Source: Bugula neritina (lineage: Eukaryota; Animalia; Bryozoa). From it: a DNA stretch of 64,000 bases. The position numbers were made by a program, and so were the translations under genes. Numbering within the stretch: position 1 is the stretch's first letter; each line of letters starts with the position of its first letter. This document shows, one piece after another, positions 29,461 to 41,548 of this stretch. Below the pieces are notes generated by a model. The model was not told the origin of the DNA and searched no databases. It was given only the letters and a program-made list of their open reading frames with translations. The stretch lies in NCBI GenBank assembly GCA_964035545.1, contig OZ037770.1, positions 7,048,729-7,112,728 on the forward strand, read 5' to 3'.

Positions 29461-30954
29461 TTAGCTGTCCTTCGTGTCCAAAGCTGACTTCCGGTGAATC
29501 ATGGTCCTCCATTTACTTCTGTCTTTGCTGAGAGATTGCCAGCTACCAATAGGGATCTTCAGGTCTTTTAGATTGCGTTTAACGGTATCTTTGAATCTCA
29601 GTCGCGGCCTGCCAACACCACGGGTGCCTTCTTTCAGTTGTGAATAGAGAATTTGCTTAGGTAATCTAGAGTTATCCATTCGATGCACATGACCAGCCCA
29701 TCTCAGGTTTTTGTGAATGAGTAGTTCATACATGCTGGGTAGATTTGCCTGTGCTAGAGTCTCCTCATTCGAGATGAAATCTCACCACTCCACGTTCAAG
29801 ATCTGGCGTAGATGTCTCATCATATAGGTGTTGAATTTGTGAGCGGCTATCCTGTATACAGGCCAGGCCTCCGCTCCATAGAGCAGAGAGGACAAGACAA
29901 TGGCTCTGTACACTGTACACTTGGTCTTGAATGACAGATCCTTATTGTACCACACTTTGGTCTGTAGTCTGCTGAATGAGATTGAAGCATTGAACATCCT
30001 TGTATGAATTTCTTCATCCATCTTGTTGTTGCACATCACTGTAGACCCAAGATATTTAACCTTATTGACGTTGGCAAGGTCTTCATAATCTATGCAGATA
30101 CTGTCACCACTGTCATGGGCTCCAGGTGCCGGTTGGTAGAGTGTTTCCGTTTTCTCGATATTGATTTTCAGACCAAAAGCTTTGGAAGCTCTGGCGAATC
30201 TGTCGACTAATTCCTGTGCATCGCCATGGCTGTGTGCAACGAAGGCAGTGTTGTCAGCAAACATGAGTTCTCTAACCAATACTTTTTGTGTTCTTGTTGT
30301 TGACTTGTATTGGTTCACATTGAACAGATCAGCTCCAGGTCTACTTTGAATCCAGACGCCTTTATCACAGCTTTCAAATGCGTGCTGTAGAACAGCCGAT
30401 AATAAAATAGAGAATAGTGTTGGAGCCAACACACATCCTTGTTTCACACCATTGTTGACCTGGAACGACTCAGATAACTCCTCCTTCAGCTTGACTGAGG
30501 CCTTCATGTCAGTATGGAGAGCGCTGATAAGATTGGTGAAGTGAATGGGAAAACCGAGTTTCTGTAAGATCTTCCACAGGGTCAACAGTATCGAACGCTT
30601 TGGTGAAGTCAATGAAGACCATGTACAGGGGCATGTTTTTGCTCGATGCATTTTTCCTGTATCTGCTTCAGTGCAAATATCATGTCTGCTGTTCCCCTTC
30701 CACTACGGAATCCACACTGAGTTTCGGGTAGGAAGTTTTCTGCATATGATGTCAGTCTATTTAGAAGGACACGAGCAAAAACTTTACCGGGAATTGAAAG
30801 CAGGGAGATACCTCTGTAGTTACCGCACAGCTTCCGATCACCCTTTGTGAAGATGGTTATAAGTTGGGCATCTTTCCAATCTTGAGGGACTACAGCAGTT
30901 TTCCATGCCTCCTTTATTATCTCATAGAGAGTACTTATTAGTTTTGATAACCTC
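29461..30954 (-). pseudogene. LINE ORF 3' part: reverse transcriptase and C-terminal domain, inactivated
   Basis: Motifs NYRGISLLSIPGKVF, LPETQCGFR, GVKQGCVLAPTLF and KYLGS. Catalytic FADD reads FADN (30250-30261). Frameshifts near 30940 and ~30590-30640; premature TGA at 29782. Confidence 0.9.
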
Positions 30955-33512
30955 CACAGTTAGTTTAAGGTCACACTTTTCATTTTCTGGCTCTTTGCCA
31001 GGTGCTTTATGTTCTATATGAACAATGTTCCACTGATAGCTCGAACAGGTTGAATGTCACAGGAACAAAAAAAATATGAAAAGATAAAGAAACTTATGTT
31101 CTCCAATATACTTTTTTATTTTTTTCAAAAACCAATTCATGTTTAAGTTATAGCTTGTTGAAAAACATAGTCCCCCTTCCACATTCTTTTCAATTTATAC
31201 GCTCCTGACTTGTTATTGCGTCTCAATATGCCTTGTATTTGAGTGCTAGTTAGTCTTGCTTCACTAACTTTGCCTATACTTCACAAGTGCCAGTGCTGCT
31301 GGCTCAAAAGCTAAATGTTATAAACTGTCAGCTAAAACCCAATCTTGTATTCCTAGGTTGGTTAGCCTAAACAAAACAATAGTCAAATCATGATTTCATG
31401 TTTTAAAAATTTACTCTATTCTAACCTGCTGCCTAGCTATAGTTCTATTTTTGATGTATAATTACAAAATTTGTGATACATTTTTTTGGCAACCATGTGA
31501 TTTATAAAATGCAGTAATGGTACTTATAATATTATATTATTATCATTATAATATATTATATAGTATTATGTGTGTTTTTATTATACTGCATAATATCTAT
31601 TTTATTATTGTTGTTGTGCAAACAAGTGCAATTAACCTAGTTTTCAAAATGTACCTCTAAATTATCAGAATATCAGTTTAGATATGTTCATGCTTTGTAA
31701 GGTAAACCTAAAAAAAGAGGCTGTATTCCCAAAGTAAAGGGTGTTGAACTATGAACTATATTAGATTAGCCACTCTGCTACCAAGTGCATCAGTATAATA
31801 TTATATGAATAGCTCTGATGCTTTGTCTCCGGTGGCTGGCTGCGATATGATAACTTGGCCAACTTCCAAGAGTTTAAAATTGGCGCAATTATTCAAGAGG
31901 TTACATACTGCACAGAGCTAGCAGTGATAGTAACCTTGCTATTGACAGTACTTATTACAACTGCCAGCATATAAGCTGCATTGTAGAATGCCGTTGGGGT
32001 AGGCTAGTAAAACCAAATTCTGCTCTCTAATATACCTTAGACACAATGCAGCAACACAATTTTTAGTTTCAAATTACATTTGCCACCCTTACATGAGCTG
32101 TGGGCTTCATAAAGATTCATATGATTAGAGATTTATGCTATAGGCCCTATCTGTGCTAGTGTAGGATGAAAATAACACACCATTGTCAAAGTTAACTTCA
32201 AGTATGTTGTTTTCCAGAAACTCAGTAATGTCCATTTATCTCTCGCATACAAATACTTATGTAATAGCATACAGTTTAAGTTTTATTTTAGAGCACATCT
32301 GCAAACTCTACAATAAGAGCTTGCTTTACCAGTCTATTTCAGATCTGTTTTTGTAGCTAGCATTACGCAAGCTACTTATTTTTTAAACTTTTGGGTTATT
32401 TGTTCAAAACCATTAGCTTTGCTAGTAACCTGAGACTATTGCAACAGTTGACTGCTATCAGCATCAATTGACAGCCTGATAATTATAACCCATTTGCGCG
32501 CGAAATATTCATGTAATGATAGTTACTCATATAGTGCGCGTTTGTAATATCGATGACTGCGTGGTCCAGAGGTTAGAGGCGTCAGCGAGGAGTTGGTTGG
32601 TCATGGTTCAACCCTGTTTTGTTGCAATTTTTTTTATCAACTTATGCAAATCCTACGCATGTATAATAAATATGGCTATAATTGTAAAGTTTTTTTTCAA
32701 CTTTTGTTCAACAGTAAGACAACATACATGCATAATAATTAGATACTGAACACTGGACTAAACCTTAAATTGATCTTATAGAATACAATGTACTTAAAAT
32801 AATCATATGCGAATTAAAGAAACTGAAAGTACACCTGCTGACAAGACTGCAAAGTGAAGTGATTTAGCTGAAATTAACTCTGCCAAACAAACAAAGAATT
32901 ATGTTGTGCTGAGGCATTTTCAATATATTATTGTAACATAGTGAGATGATTCAGCTAAGCGCTAATGTAAAACAGGGAACATTATATTGGCAGAAATCCA
33001 ATAGATTGCCAATTTGTGCGAGAGGGTACTATATGTTATTGTGATAGCGCAGAGCGGCAAACGTACTAGGAATGCTATAATTAGTCACAGGAGCGTAGCT
33101 AGAACCACCATATGAAGAATTTAGAAAATTGCAGTGAAACTTGCAAAATGGTGTATGTTTTTACCAAATTGTGAAGAGCATAAACAGAATTTCAAAAAAC
33201 AAAGAAAGTATATTAGAGAAAACATATCAAGGAATGTCAAGTTTAACTTTTAGACTTTATAAAATGAATCCCCTGTGCTACAGCAGTGGAACATGGAGGG
33301 TGTAAAATTTTACTTATTATGCAACAACTTTCTCAGAAAATTTTTTATTGAAAAATTAAAAAAGTATATGAAAGAGGAATGCAAGAGCTATCTTTTCATG
33401 TAAAATTTGTTAATGTGAGACAAAAACTGTTCGAGCTATCCCCTGGAAACCGTTTATATATAACATAAAGCAGTGCTTGAATCTGGAAAGTAATGACCTT
33501 AAACTAACTGTG
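30955..33512. mobile_element. Non-autonomous TIR DNA transposon, copy 2 (2558 bp), nested in the LINE ORF
   Basis: Same TIR CACAGTTAGTTTAAGGTCA...TGACCTTAAACTAACTGTG. TSD TC at 30953-30954 and 33513-33514. Excision restores the LINE codons GGT ATT CAC CCT GAG GTT ATC AAA (GIHPEVIK). Same orientation as copy 1. Confidence 0.95.
32555..32624 (+). other. tRNA-derived segment (A/B-box-like) inside transposon copy 2
   Basis: Homologue of 6701-6770: GACTGCGTGGTCCAGAGGTTAGAGGCG...GGTTCAACCC. Confidence 0.5.
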
Positions 33513-35089
33513 TCAGGGTGAATACCATCAGAGCCAGGTGATTTCCCTTCACTTAGCATCGAAGTTGCTTTGATGATCTCTTCAATATTTGGGCAATCGT
33601 CCATCCAGTCTTGAATGGGAGCTTGTCTCAGGTTCTCAATGATGTTGTCATCAATATCTGCAGTCTCAGTTAGTAGCTTGCTGAAATGCTCTGTCCATCT
33701 CGCTAGAAGATCTTGTTTTTCTGTCAGGAGTGTGGAGCTGTCACTGGCCAGGAGCTGGTCAGGATGACTCACTCTTGGACCCCAAACAGTCTTCGTGCTT
33801 TGGTAAAAGCCTTTTGTGTCGTTAGTGTCAGCAAACCGTTGCAGTTCAGCAGCTTTTGCCAACCACCAGTCGTTGTTGAGCTCCCTTCATCTTCCTGTGA
33901 GTTTTCTGCCAGCCATTCTATGCTTTGACTTGTTCGAGCGAGTCTTCCTGGTTAACATGTCTGCTCTGGTCTTGTTTCTCTTCTGGATGAGCCCTTGAAG
34001 TTCATTATTATTCTCGTCAAACCAGTCCTCATGCTTCCTGCTGACAGTGCCGAGGTGCACTTTTGACTCTGCATAAACTATCTCTTTGAATGCTCTCCAC
34101 TTAATCTCTACGCCCTCTGGAGCAGAGTTCAGTTTCCCAGCAAGGAACTTTTCCAGTTCTTGTCTTACTTCCTCATTCTTAAGTCGAGAAACGTCCAGCT
34201 TCTGGCAAGGTGTTCTCCCTTTCTTCATTTTTCTCCTCACTCTGAGCTTAGCTTTTGACCTGATCATGATGTGGTCAGTACTGCAATTCGCCCCTCTCAT
34301 CGCCCTTGTGTCCAGAATGTCTGGTAGATCACGTTGTCGTGTGATAACAAAGTCGATGAGATGCCAGTTCTTGCTTCTCGGGTGCATCCAAAAAAACTTG
34401 TGAGCTGGTTTATGCTTGAAGAAGGTGTTGGTAATGCACAGTTGATGTTTACTACAGACTGAGATCAGAAGTTCACGATTGGAGTTCAGGTTTCCGCAGC
34501 CATACTTGCCTACTACACCGGGCCAGGTTGAGTGATCTTGTCCAACCCTAACATTGAAGTCTCCCATGAGTAAGATCTTATCAGCTGCTGGGACTGATCT
34601 TAGAGCCTGATTCAGTTGGTCATAGAATCTGTTGATGTTTTCTTGGCTGTTTGTCACCGTGGGAGCATAGACAGCTATCACAGTGCACCATCGCTCATCA
34701 CACAGAAGAACCCTGAGTGACATCAGTCTGTCGCTTATAGCCTTTGGCTCTTCGATTAGTCTCGAAACAAGTTCGTTCCTGATAGCAAGAGCCACGCCTA
34801 ACTCACTGAGCTCAGATGCAGTTTTGCCACTCCAATAAATGGTGTAGCCTGACTCTTCACGAATGTTACCGGTATCTTTGAATCTGATTTCACTCAGTGC
34901 TGCAATGTCGATGCCATACTTCTGTAGTTCAGATGGAATGATTGCACATCTTCTCTCTGGTTTTGCTGTGTTCTCCCGGTCTAGCATTGTTCGTATGTTC
35001 CATGATGCAAGGTTGAGTTTAGAAATTTGGACCTTTTTATCCTGGGCGACGTTCTGACAGTATGAGTTCATGTTCAGTTTTCTTTTCAT
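33513..35089 (-). pseudogene. LINE ORF 5' part: apurinic-like (APE) endonuclease domain and linker
   Basis: Motifs ASWNIRT, IAALSE, VIAVYAPT, LMGDFN, WHLIDFVI and CSTDH in ORF 33887-35089. Frameshift near 33890. Continues NDWWLAKAAELQ...KSPGSDGIHP up to the transposon insertion at 33512. Confidence 0.9.
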
Positions 35090-35147
35090 GATTCAATCGG
35101 ATTATGCTGACAAGAAGTTTAAGGATACTTAGGGTTTTGACAGTTGC

Positions 35148-36420
35148 TTAAGCACTTTTCAGCACATTTAGGCACATTTAGGCACTTTTAGCACATTTTA
35201 GCACATTTCAGCACTTTTTAGAACTTTTGGGCACTTTTAGCACATTTAAGCACTTTTTAGCACCTTTAGGCATTTTTAACACAGTTAAGCACATTTGGGA
35301 ACTTTTTAGCACATTTGGGCACTTTTAGCACTCTCGAGCACTTTTGTGCACATTTGGGCACTTTTAGCACATTTAAGCACTTTTTAGCACATTAGGTCAC
35401 TTTTAGCACATTTTGCCACTTTTTAGCACAGTCATTTAGGCACTTTTTAGCACCTTTGGGCACTTTTAGGCACATTTAAACACTTTTTTAGCACATTTAG
35501 GCACTTTTTAGTACATTTAGGCCATTTTTAGCACATTTAGGCACTTTTAGCACATTTAGGCTTATTTGGGCACTTTTTAGCCCATTTGGGCACTTTTAGC
35601 ACTTTTGAGCTTTTTTTAGCTTATTTGGGCACTTTTAGCACATTTAAGCACTTTTTAGCCTAGTTAGGCACTTTTCAGCACATTTAGGCACTTTTAGCAC
35701 ATTTAAGCACAGTTTAGCACATTCAAGCACTTTTTAGCCTATTTGGGCACTTTTAGCACAGTTAAGCACATTTGGGCACATTTGGGCTCTTTTAGCACAT
35801 TTTGCCACTTTTAAGCACATTTAGGCACTTTTTAGTACATTTAGGCACTTTTCAGCACATTTAGGCACTTTTAGCACATTTAAGCACATTTTAGCACATT
35901 TAAGCACATTTTAGCACATTCAAGCACTTTTTAGCCTATTTGGGCACTTTTAGCACATTTAGGCACTTTTGGCTCATTTAAGCACATTTGGGTACTTTTT
36001 AGCCCATTTGGGCACTTTTAGCACTTTTGAGCACTTTTCAGCACATTTGGGCACTTTTTAGCCTAGTTAGGCACTTTTTAGCACATTTAGGCACTTTTAG
36101 CACATTTAGGCACTTTTTATCCATTTGGGCATTCTTTGGCACATTTAAGCACTTTTTAGGACATTTGGGCACTTTTAGCACTTTTGAGCTTTTTTTAGCT
36201 TATTTGGGCACTTTTAGCACATTTAAGCACTTTTTAGCCTAGTTAGGCACTTTTCAGCACATTTGGGCACTTTTAGCACATTTAAGCACAGTTTAGCACA
36301 TTCAAGCACTTTTTAGCCTATTTGGGCACTTTTAGCACAGTTAAGCACATTTGGGCACATTTGGGCTCTTTTAGCACATTTTGCCACTTTTAAGCACATT
36401 TAGGCACTTTTTAGTACATT
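35148..36420. repeat. Satellite B, ~10-bp-period array (GCACATTTAG / GCACTTTTTA; ~20-21-bp composite), left block
   Basis: GCAC recurs every 9-11 bp with T3-T5 tracts. Diagnostic variants such as cacagtcatttagg and attaggtcac also occur beyond 48862. Confidence 0.96.
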
Positions 36421-37702
36421 CACAGCATAGTTAAGGTCATCCCCAGCATAAATTCATCTCATAATCTAGTCTCAGTTCCTTTATGCTATTGCTCTGTGGG
36501 CGGCATGCGTATTGCCTACTTGTCATACTTTAGCATGAGGTTGAACAATTACCAGCAAACCATTGCGCTAGTTAGGGCTGCGCTTGTTTCCATTACAACC
36601 ATCACAACAATCTATTGAGCAAGTATGCAAGTGGCAAGCCTCAGCATTACCTTATTATTATTACGGAAGGTCGTTGGTTCATTGTATATGCAATATACTT
36701 TATGCACAATGGAAGATGATTTTCATACAGTTACTTTTTCAACCAGCAATCTACAACTATTTCACATTATGAAAGCAAGCTATATAGATACATCAATGCT
36801 AATTCATTATTTATCCATACAGCTAGTTTAATGAAGTTATTATCAACAGCTATTGAAATGACAATGCAGCCATCATCTAAGTAACTTTTATTGCTGCTCT
36901 ACTAATAGATATTTTAAAAGATAAGAATTTCTCAAAGCATAATGTATCCTGGACTGTACTAAAATATATCTGTTTAATGCCATTGACAATCTCAGAGCCA
37001 AAATTACCTTCATCAACAAAATCTTTCTCTAGTTGCACCTACTACAAGCTAAAAGTGACTTCTCGGTGTTGAATATTACTATCAGTTACATAATTTACGA
37101 GTCCACCCAATTGCTTAGCATAGTAAAGAGACTGGCATAGGTCAGATAGTCATGTGTGTGCGAGATTTTGTTGGTAGCTGTAAAGGGCAGATATGCAGTA
37201 TTTTGAGTGGCTGCTTTGAGTTTAGATGGTTTGGGTAACGGATTTGATTGCTGCAAGTTTCCCACAAAGCTAGTACTATTGCGGTCTCATTGATACTAGT
37301 ATAATAAGCAGTAATCAGCACTCATTGAAGGGAGTTGGAACTATATAAAAAAGGTTAGAACGGTAGCCTGTGCTTCAAATAGTTTATTTGCTTTCTGATG
37401 CATACAGTCTAAACTCTAAAAGGTTCTATTAAGCTTACATGGCTTCGAGCTGAATGTCCAAAAATTGGCCATGAGCTATATATCTTGTTGCTCAACACTG
37501 GAAAATTTATGAGTTTGCAGCCAGTGAACAATCAGGCTACTTTGTACTTAGTTTGTTATCATATAAGCTAGGCTTTTATATACTAACCCAGAGTTAAAAT
37601 TATCAAATATTTTATGTTTTTTAAACTTACCATCTAATAGGAAATGCTAGTTAAGCTAGACATCCGAGTTTGGCTGATGCTATGGTTGCCCGAGTGAAAC
37701 AG

Positions 37703-37750
37703 CTGGGGGAATCCCCCCTAGTGGGAATTCCCCCAGGTTGGGAACCACTG
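37703..37750. repeat. 34-bp GC-rich palindrome followed by a hAT/Charlie-type terminal motif (probable MITE remnant)
   Basis: CTGGGGGAATCCCCCCT|AGTGGGAATTCCCCCAG (37703-37736, 2 mismatches), then GGTTGGGAACCACTG (37736-37750), the reverse complement of the hAT-Charlie-like end CAGTGGTTCCCAACC. No partner end was found. Confidence 0.5.
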
Positions 37751-38096
37751 GTCCAGTTAGACTAACTGACATCATGCTTTCCTGAGTGAAACACCCAAGA
37801 TGAAAAGTTTTAATCTTAGTTAGGCAAGAATTGAGATTTTGAAAAAAAGCCTCCTTAAAATTATTACCATGTTGTTTAAGAACTTATACCATAGGTATAG
37901 AGAAAAGTATGTAAGTTTAATGCAGGTTTACTGATAATTATATGAACAGAGGCAGCGATCAACATTACATTTATGATGTCATTGCTAGTTATTCGCCAGA
38001 GTTGCTGCTATAGTTGGAAGAAGTAAAAACTCCAGCATGCTAACTTATACTGCTGTAAATGAAGAACTCAACAGATTCCATTGTGGCATGCATATT

Positions 38097-40573
38097 TCAT
38101 TTTCTTGGGTCTACAGAAACCTTCAATGGTTCATTCACCCAATGGCCTTCATAGCTGTCAGAAAATGTGAACAGAATAACTAGGAGCTATATACTGCTGG
38201 TTATATACCACACATTATGTAACATAATTTAGGCAGTATTCATGGGGCTAAAACATCTATAGGCTGTATTTATTGTAGGACTTATGACATTCAGGCAGTC
38301 TATTACTATATTAAATTATCTTGCCTGCTAAAACTTAGCACTGAATGGTAAAAGTAATAGGCCGAAGCTTCTAAGTTATGGTTTTTTTACTTTTAATAGG
38401 AGGCTCAACCAAATTTTTTAATTACCAACTATGTTGCACCAGCTATATCTAAAATCAGCTAGGCAAGGCAATTACAAATCCTGTTCACAGCTTCAAGCCA
38501 TTTGCTAATCAGTAACCAACCATTTTAGCTACTTACTGCCATACTGGCCTCAAATTGTTGGTTACACATTTGGTGCATCTTTTCATTGCTTCTGCTTTAT
38601 CAAAAAAATATGGAGCTTTCACCAAAGTGAAAAACCTATTGTTAAACAAAATACTTTCTGGCTGGATATGTATGTATTTGCTGTTAGATTTTGATTGTAC
38701 TTAACTGAGTACTATGAACAAACAGTATCTACACCCGCAGCAATAGTTGGTTAAATATAGAAATGATTCATAATTTCAGTTATCCAGATTCTTAACACAT
38801 GTAAGTTATGTGATTGGGTAGCTTCTATAAAGAAATTGGAGCCTAAATTTAAATAAGGAGCCAATTTTAGCAAAATCTGGTTATATAGAGCCTTGCCATT
38901 GCATTCATTCATTAGAGAACATTCAGTCATGGCAAAAGGCAGCACTTACAATAATCAGTGTGGTTTTCTAACCAACATCTTTTTTGTACATTTCAAATCT
39001 GGGACTGACGTAGAAAGATTTCAGCAAGATTACAACATACTAAACAAATTATCAATAAAGGATTACAATCGAAACAGAAAGCAAACGAGAAGTTACTTAA
39101 TGAAAAATGCCAGTTATTTCAATAAGGATGGAGAGGCAAAAAAGAGGTTTATGTCCTACTTTACACTAGTCAACTTTAAAAAACTTTCACCTGCGGCTAG
39201 ATCACGGCATAGTCTTATGGATTGCTTTGAGTGTTCTATCAAACACAAAGCTGAGTGGCAGCTCAAAATTGGGAATGTGGACATTGCAAAGCCTGCTACA
39301 TCTGAAACCGCAGTCAGGACTCTGAAAGCTGTTCTTGAAAAGACTCCAGAACAAATAACAGGAAAGCTGGTCAAAGAATTTGTAACGAATGTCATTAAAC
39401 CAGCAGAAAAAATTATAAATGAAACAACACATTCTTGCAAACTATTGAAGCCTAAAAGCAACGTCAAGAGGAAATCTATTGCTGCCCAAGACGTTCCAAA
39501 AAAAGTTCGGAGACAAATTATTAAAGCTGCCAATGAAAGCATCTCAAACCAAATTATTAACAATGACTTTTTGGCTCTATATTCTACTAAACAGTCTCAT
39601 TCAGAGTGGGATTTACAGAGGAAGTGCCAATTTGGTGAATTTAGAACCAACAGAAAAAAATCTCATATAGGAAGTTTTAGGAACTACACATTTGATTTAG
39701 AAGTGGTTGAAGCTACATTATCAGTTGGCAACACAACAAATTGGACACAGCTTAGCAAATCTGCTAATTTGAAAAACAAGCATGGTGAAGTTCCAAAAAA
39801 TGCAGGCCAGGTAAGAAAAAGAGGTAGCTAACGTTAATTATAATTGGATTTGTAATAATGATTTATTGAGCTATATAATATTCTGTAAAAGAAATAAACA
39901 TGATAATTTTGAACAAGTACGTTTGCTAATAGTCAAATATAATTTCTAAAATAAACAGTTGTTCACATCAGGTTATGAAAGAATTGGTGAAAAGAAATAT
40001 GAATCGAACGATAGAAAACCAACCAAGAAAGCGAATTTCATGGATAAACTATAAATCTTTAGCACTTAATGTTAAGAGAAAATCATCAGCTGCACAATTG
40101 AAGTTACAAAGGAAAAAAATGATAGACACAGGAGAGGTTGATGTAGGGGAGCTGATAGTTCCGGTGGAATATCATGCACTCAAAGTGCACCCAGATGGCA
40201 CATTGGTGAGTTTGACCTGAGCAGCTCAGTGCAAATACTATGACTGTATATAATTACATACAACAATATTGTAATCCTGTTGTATTTTCAAGGTAAAGAT
40301 TAGAAAGGAAGTATCCGGAAGAAAATTCTCACTTCAGAAGATTAGAGAACATCATTTACATCAAATGATGACTATGAAACTGTTGAGAAACATTAATCCG
40401 AGCAGTATGCCGCTGACTGAGGTTCTTGATTTCCTTGATCGAAATGGTACCTTGATTCTCCTGTTGTTTTACTGATAGTCTTGTAATACCTACAGAAAAA
40501 AAATCAAATTTAGTGAGATGTATAGCAAAAATACAAAGCTGTATTACCAGTTTAATCTTGATAGAAGTATTAC
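38097..40573 (-). CDS. Candidate spliced antisense small ORF interleaved with the transposase gene (contains CxxC; function unknown)
   Basis: Minus-strand GT-AG exons 40573-40548, 40489-40451, 38635-38537 and 38154-38097 join in phase to VILLSRLNWYYKTISKTTGESRFFTLVKAPYFFDKAEAMKRCTKCVTNNLRPVWHYEGHWVNEPLKVSVDPRK*. A possible ATG exon lies at 46308-46282 (MPRQERFLL|gtaagt). No homology recognised. Confidence 0.33.
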
Positions 40574-41467
40574 CTTATAATGAGAGAAAATCATAGTACA
40601 AATATATTATAGTTGACATTATATTCTCAACCTTAATTATCAAAGTTCATTAACTTTTTGATAAATGATGGAGTGCAATAATATGTGCCTTGTGCAGACA
40701 GCACAACCTCATTGATTAGTAACTCTAACAAATTGTATACTTGAGAAAATATTCAAGCATACACTGGTTCAGCTTGTGATGGTGTTATTATAGGTATAGC
40801 AGTGGGAAGCAATGAAGATCCTAGAGAGAGGCTACGCCAGGCTACTCAAACTCGCTATATGGCACTGTGGCACGATCACTCTGATATTGCCGGTAAGTAG
40901 CATAAACTTACACACGTCTCTAAACTTTTACTTTATGCTGAATTCCAAACTAAAACTTTTTATTTATCATAAATCAAATTACTATTATTGCAGGTAAAAG
41001 TCATTATCTGTTTATGGTGTGGTTCTTGTATGATCCGTGCACATATTACACGGATGAAGAATATGTGAAGCTCAACCAAACTGTAAGTTGTGTAATGTGC
41101 ACAGTTAATGTCATTGTACAAGCTGTGCAAAAATACTATTTGTGTAACCCAAAACTTGTACAATTAATCCTTTTTTCACCAGTATTACATATACTTCCAA
41201 TGCCTGTTTCTAACTCAGGAAAAGATAACTAGCATTCAATCAAGAGTTGAGGCACCATATATCTACATACTGGCCAGATCTAGCTCATCAGTTAAAGATC
41301 AGCTGCTTTACGTTCCAACTCGATTGGAAGACATGAAGATGTTAAAGCAACCAATTACTTTGACAGATGGAAGAGACTTTTATGATGTGTTAAGGTTCTT
41401 TTCAGGGGACAACCCTGCAAGGCAGCTAGAAGCAGGACAACAGTGCGGAGGTATATTCGGACAAGAT

Positions 41468-41548
<81 letters not shown>

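Larger units (their letters stand above)
29448..35147 (-). mobile_element. RTE-clade non-LTR retrotransposon (LINE), near full-length, decayed, interrupted by a DNA transposon
   Basis: Single-ORF APE+RT architecture on the minus strand. The stop codon runs directly into a short TAA/TGA trinucleotide tail (29448-29463). C-terminal RWAGHVHRM...LPKQILY...RGVGRPRLRFKD motif is typical of RTE elements. No TSD is visible because the two flanks are different satellites. Confidence 0.9.

Noticed and set aside
1-29531. Over 150 ORFs of C/V/Y/Q/F/S-rich 'proteins' (up to 397 aa) in satellite A
   Set aside because: The 10-bp unit rarely contains stops, so all frames give the same permuted peptide; these are translation artefacts.
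30004-35057. Plus-strand ORFs over the LINE (30004, 30161, 30545, 33713, 33816, 34086, 34863)
   Set aside because: Antisense shadows of the RTE coding sequence.
37341-37350. TATA-like CTATATAAAA upstream of the transposase
   Set aside because: It is 1.6 kb from the ATG in AT-rich DNA and cannot be supported without TSS data.
39811-39971. Strong-looking minus-strand acceptor sites in transposase intron 1
   Set aside because: The resulting exons contain in-frame stops in the required phase. They show that chance splice-like signals are common here, which is a caveat for the antisense-gene model.
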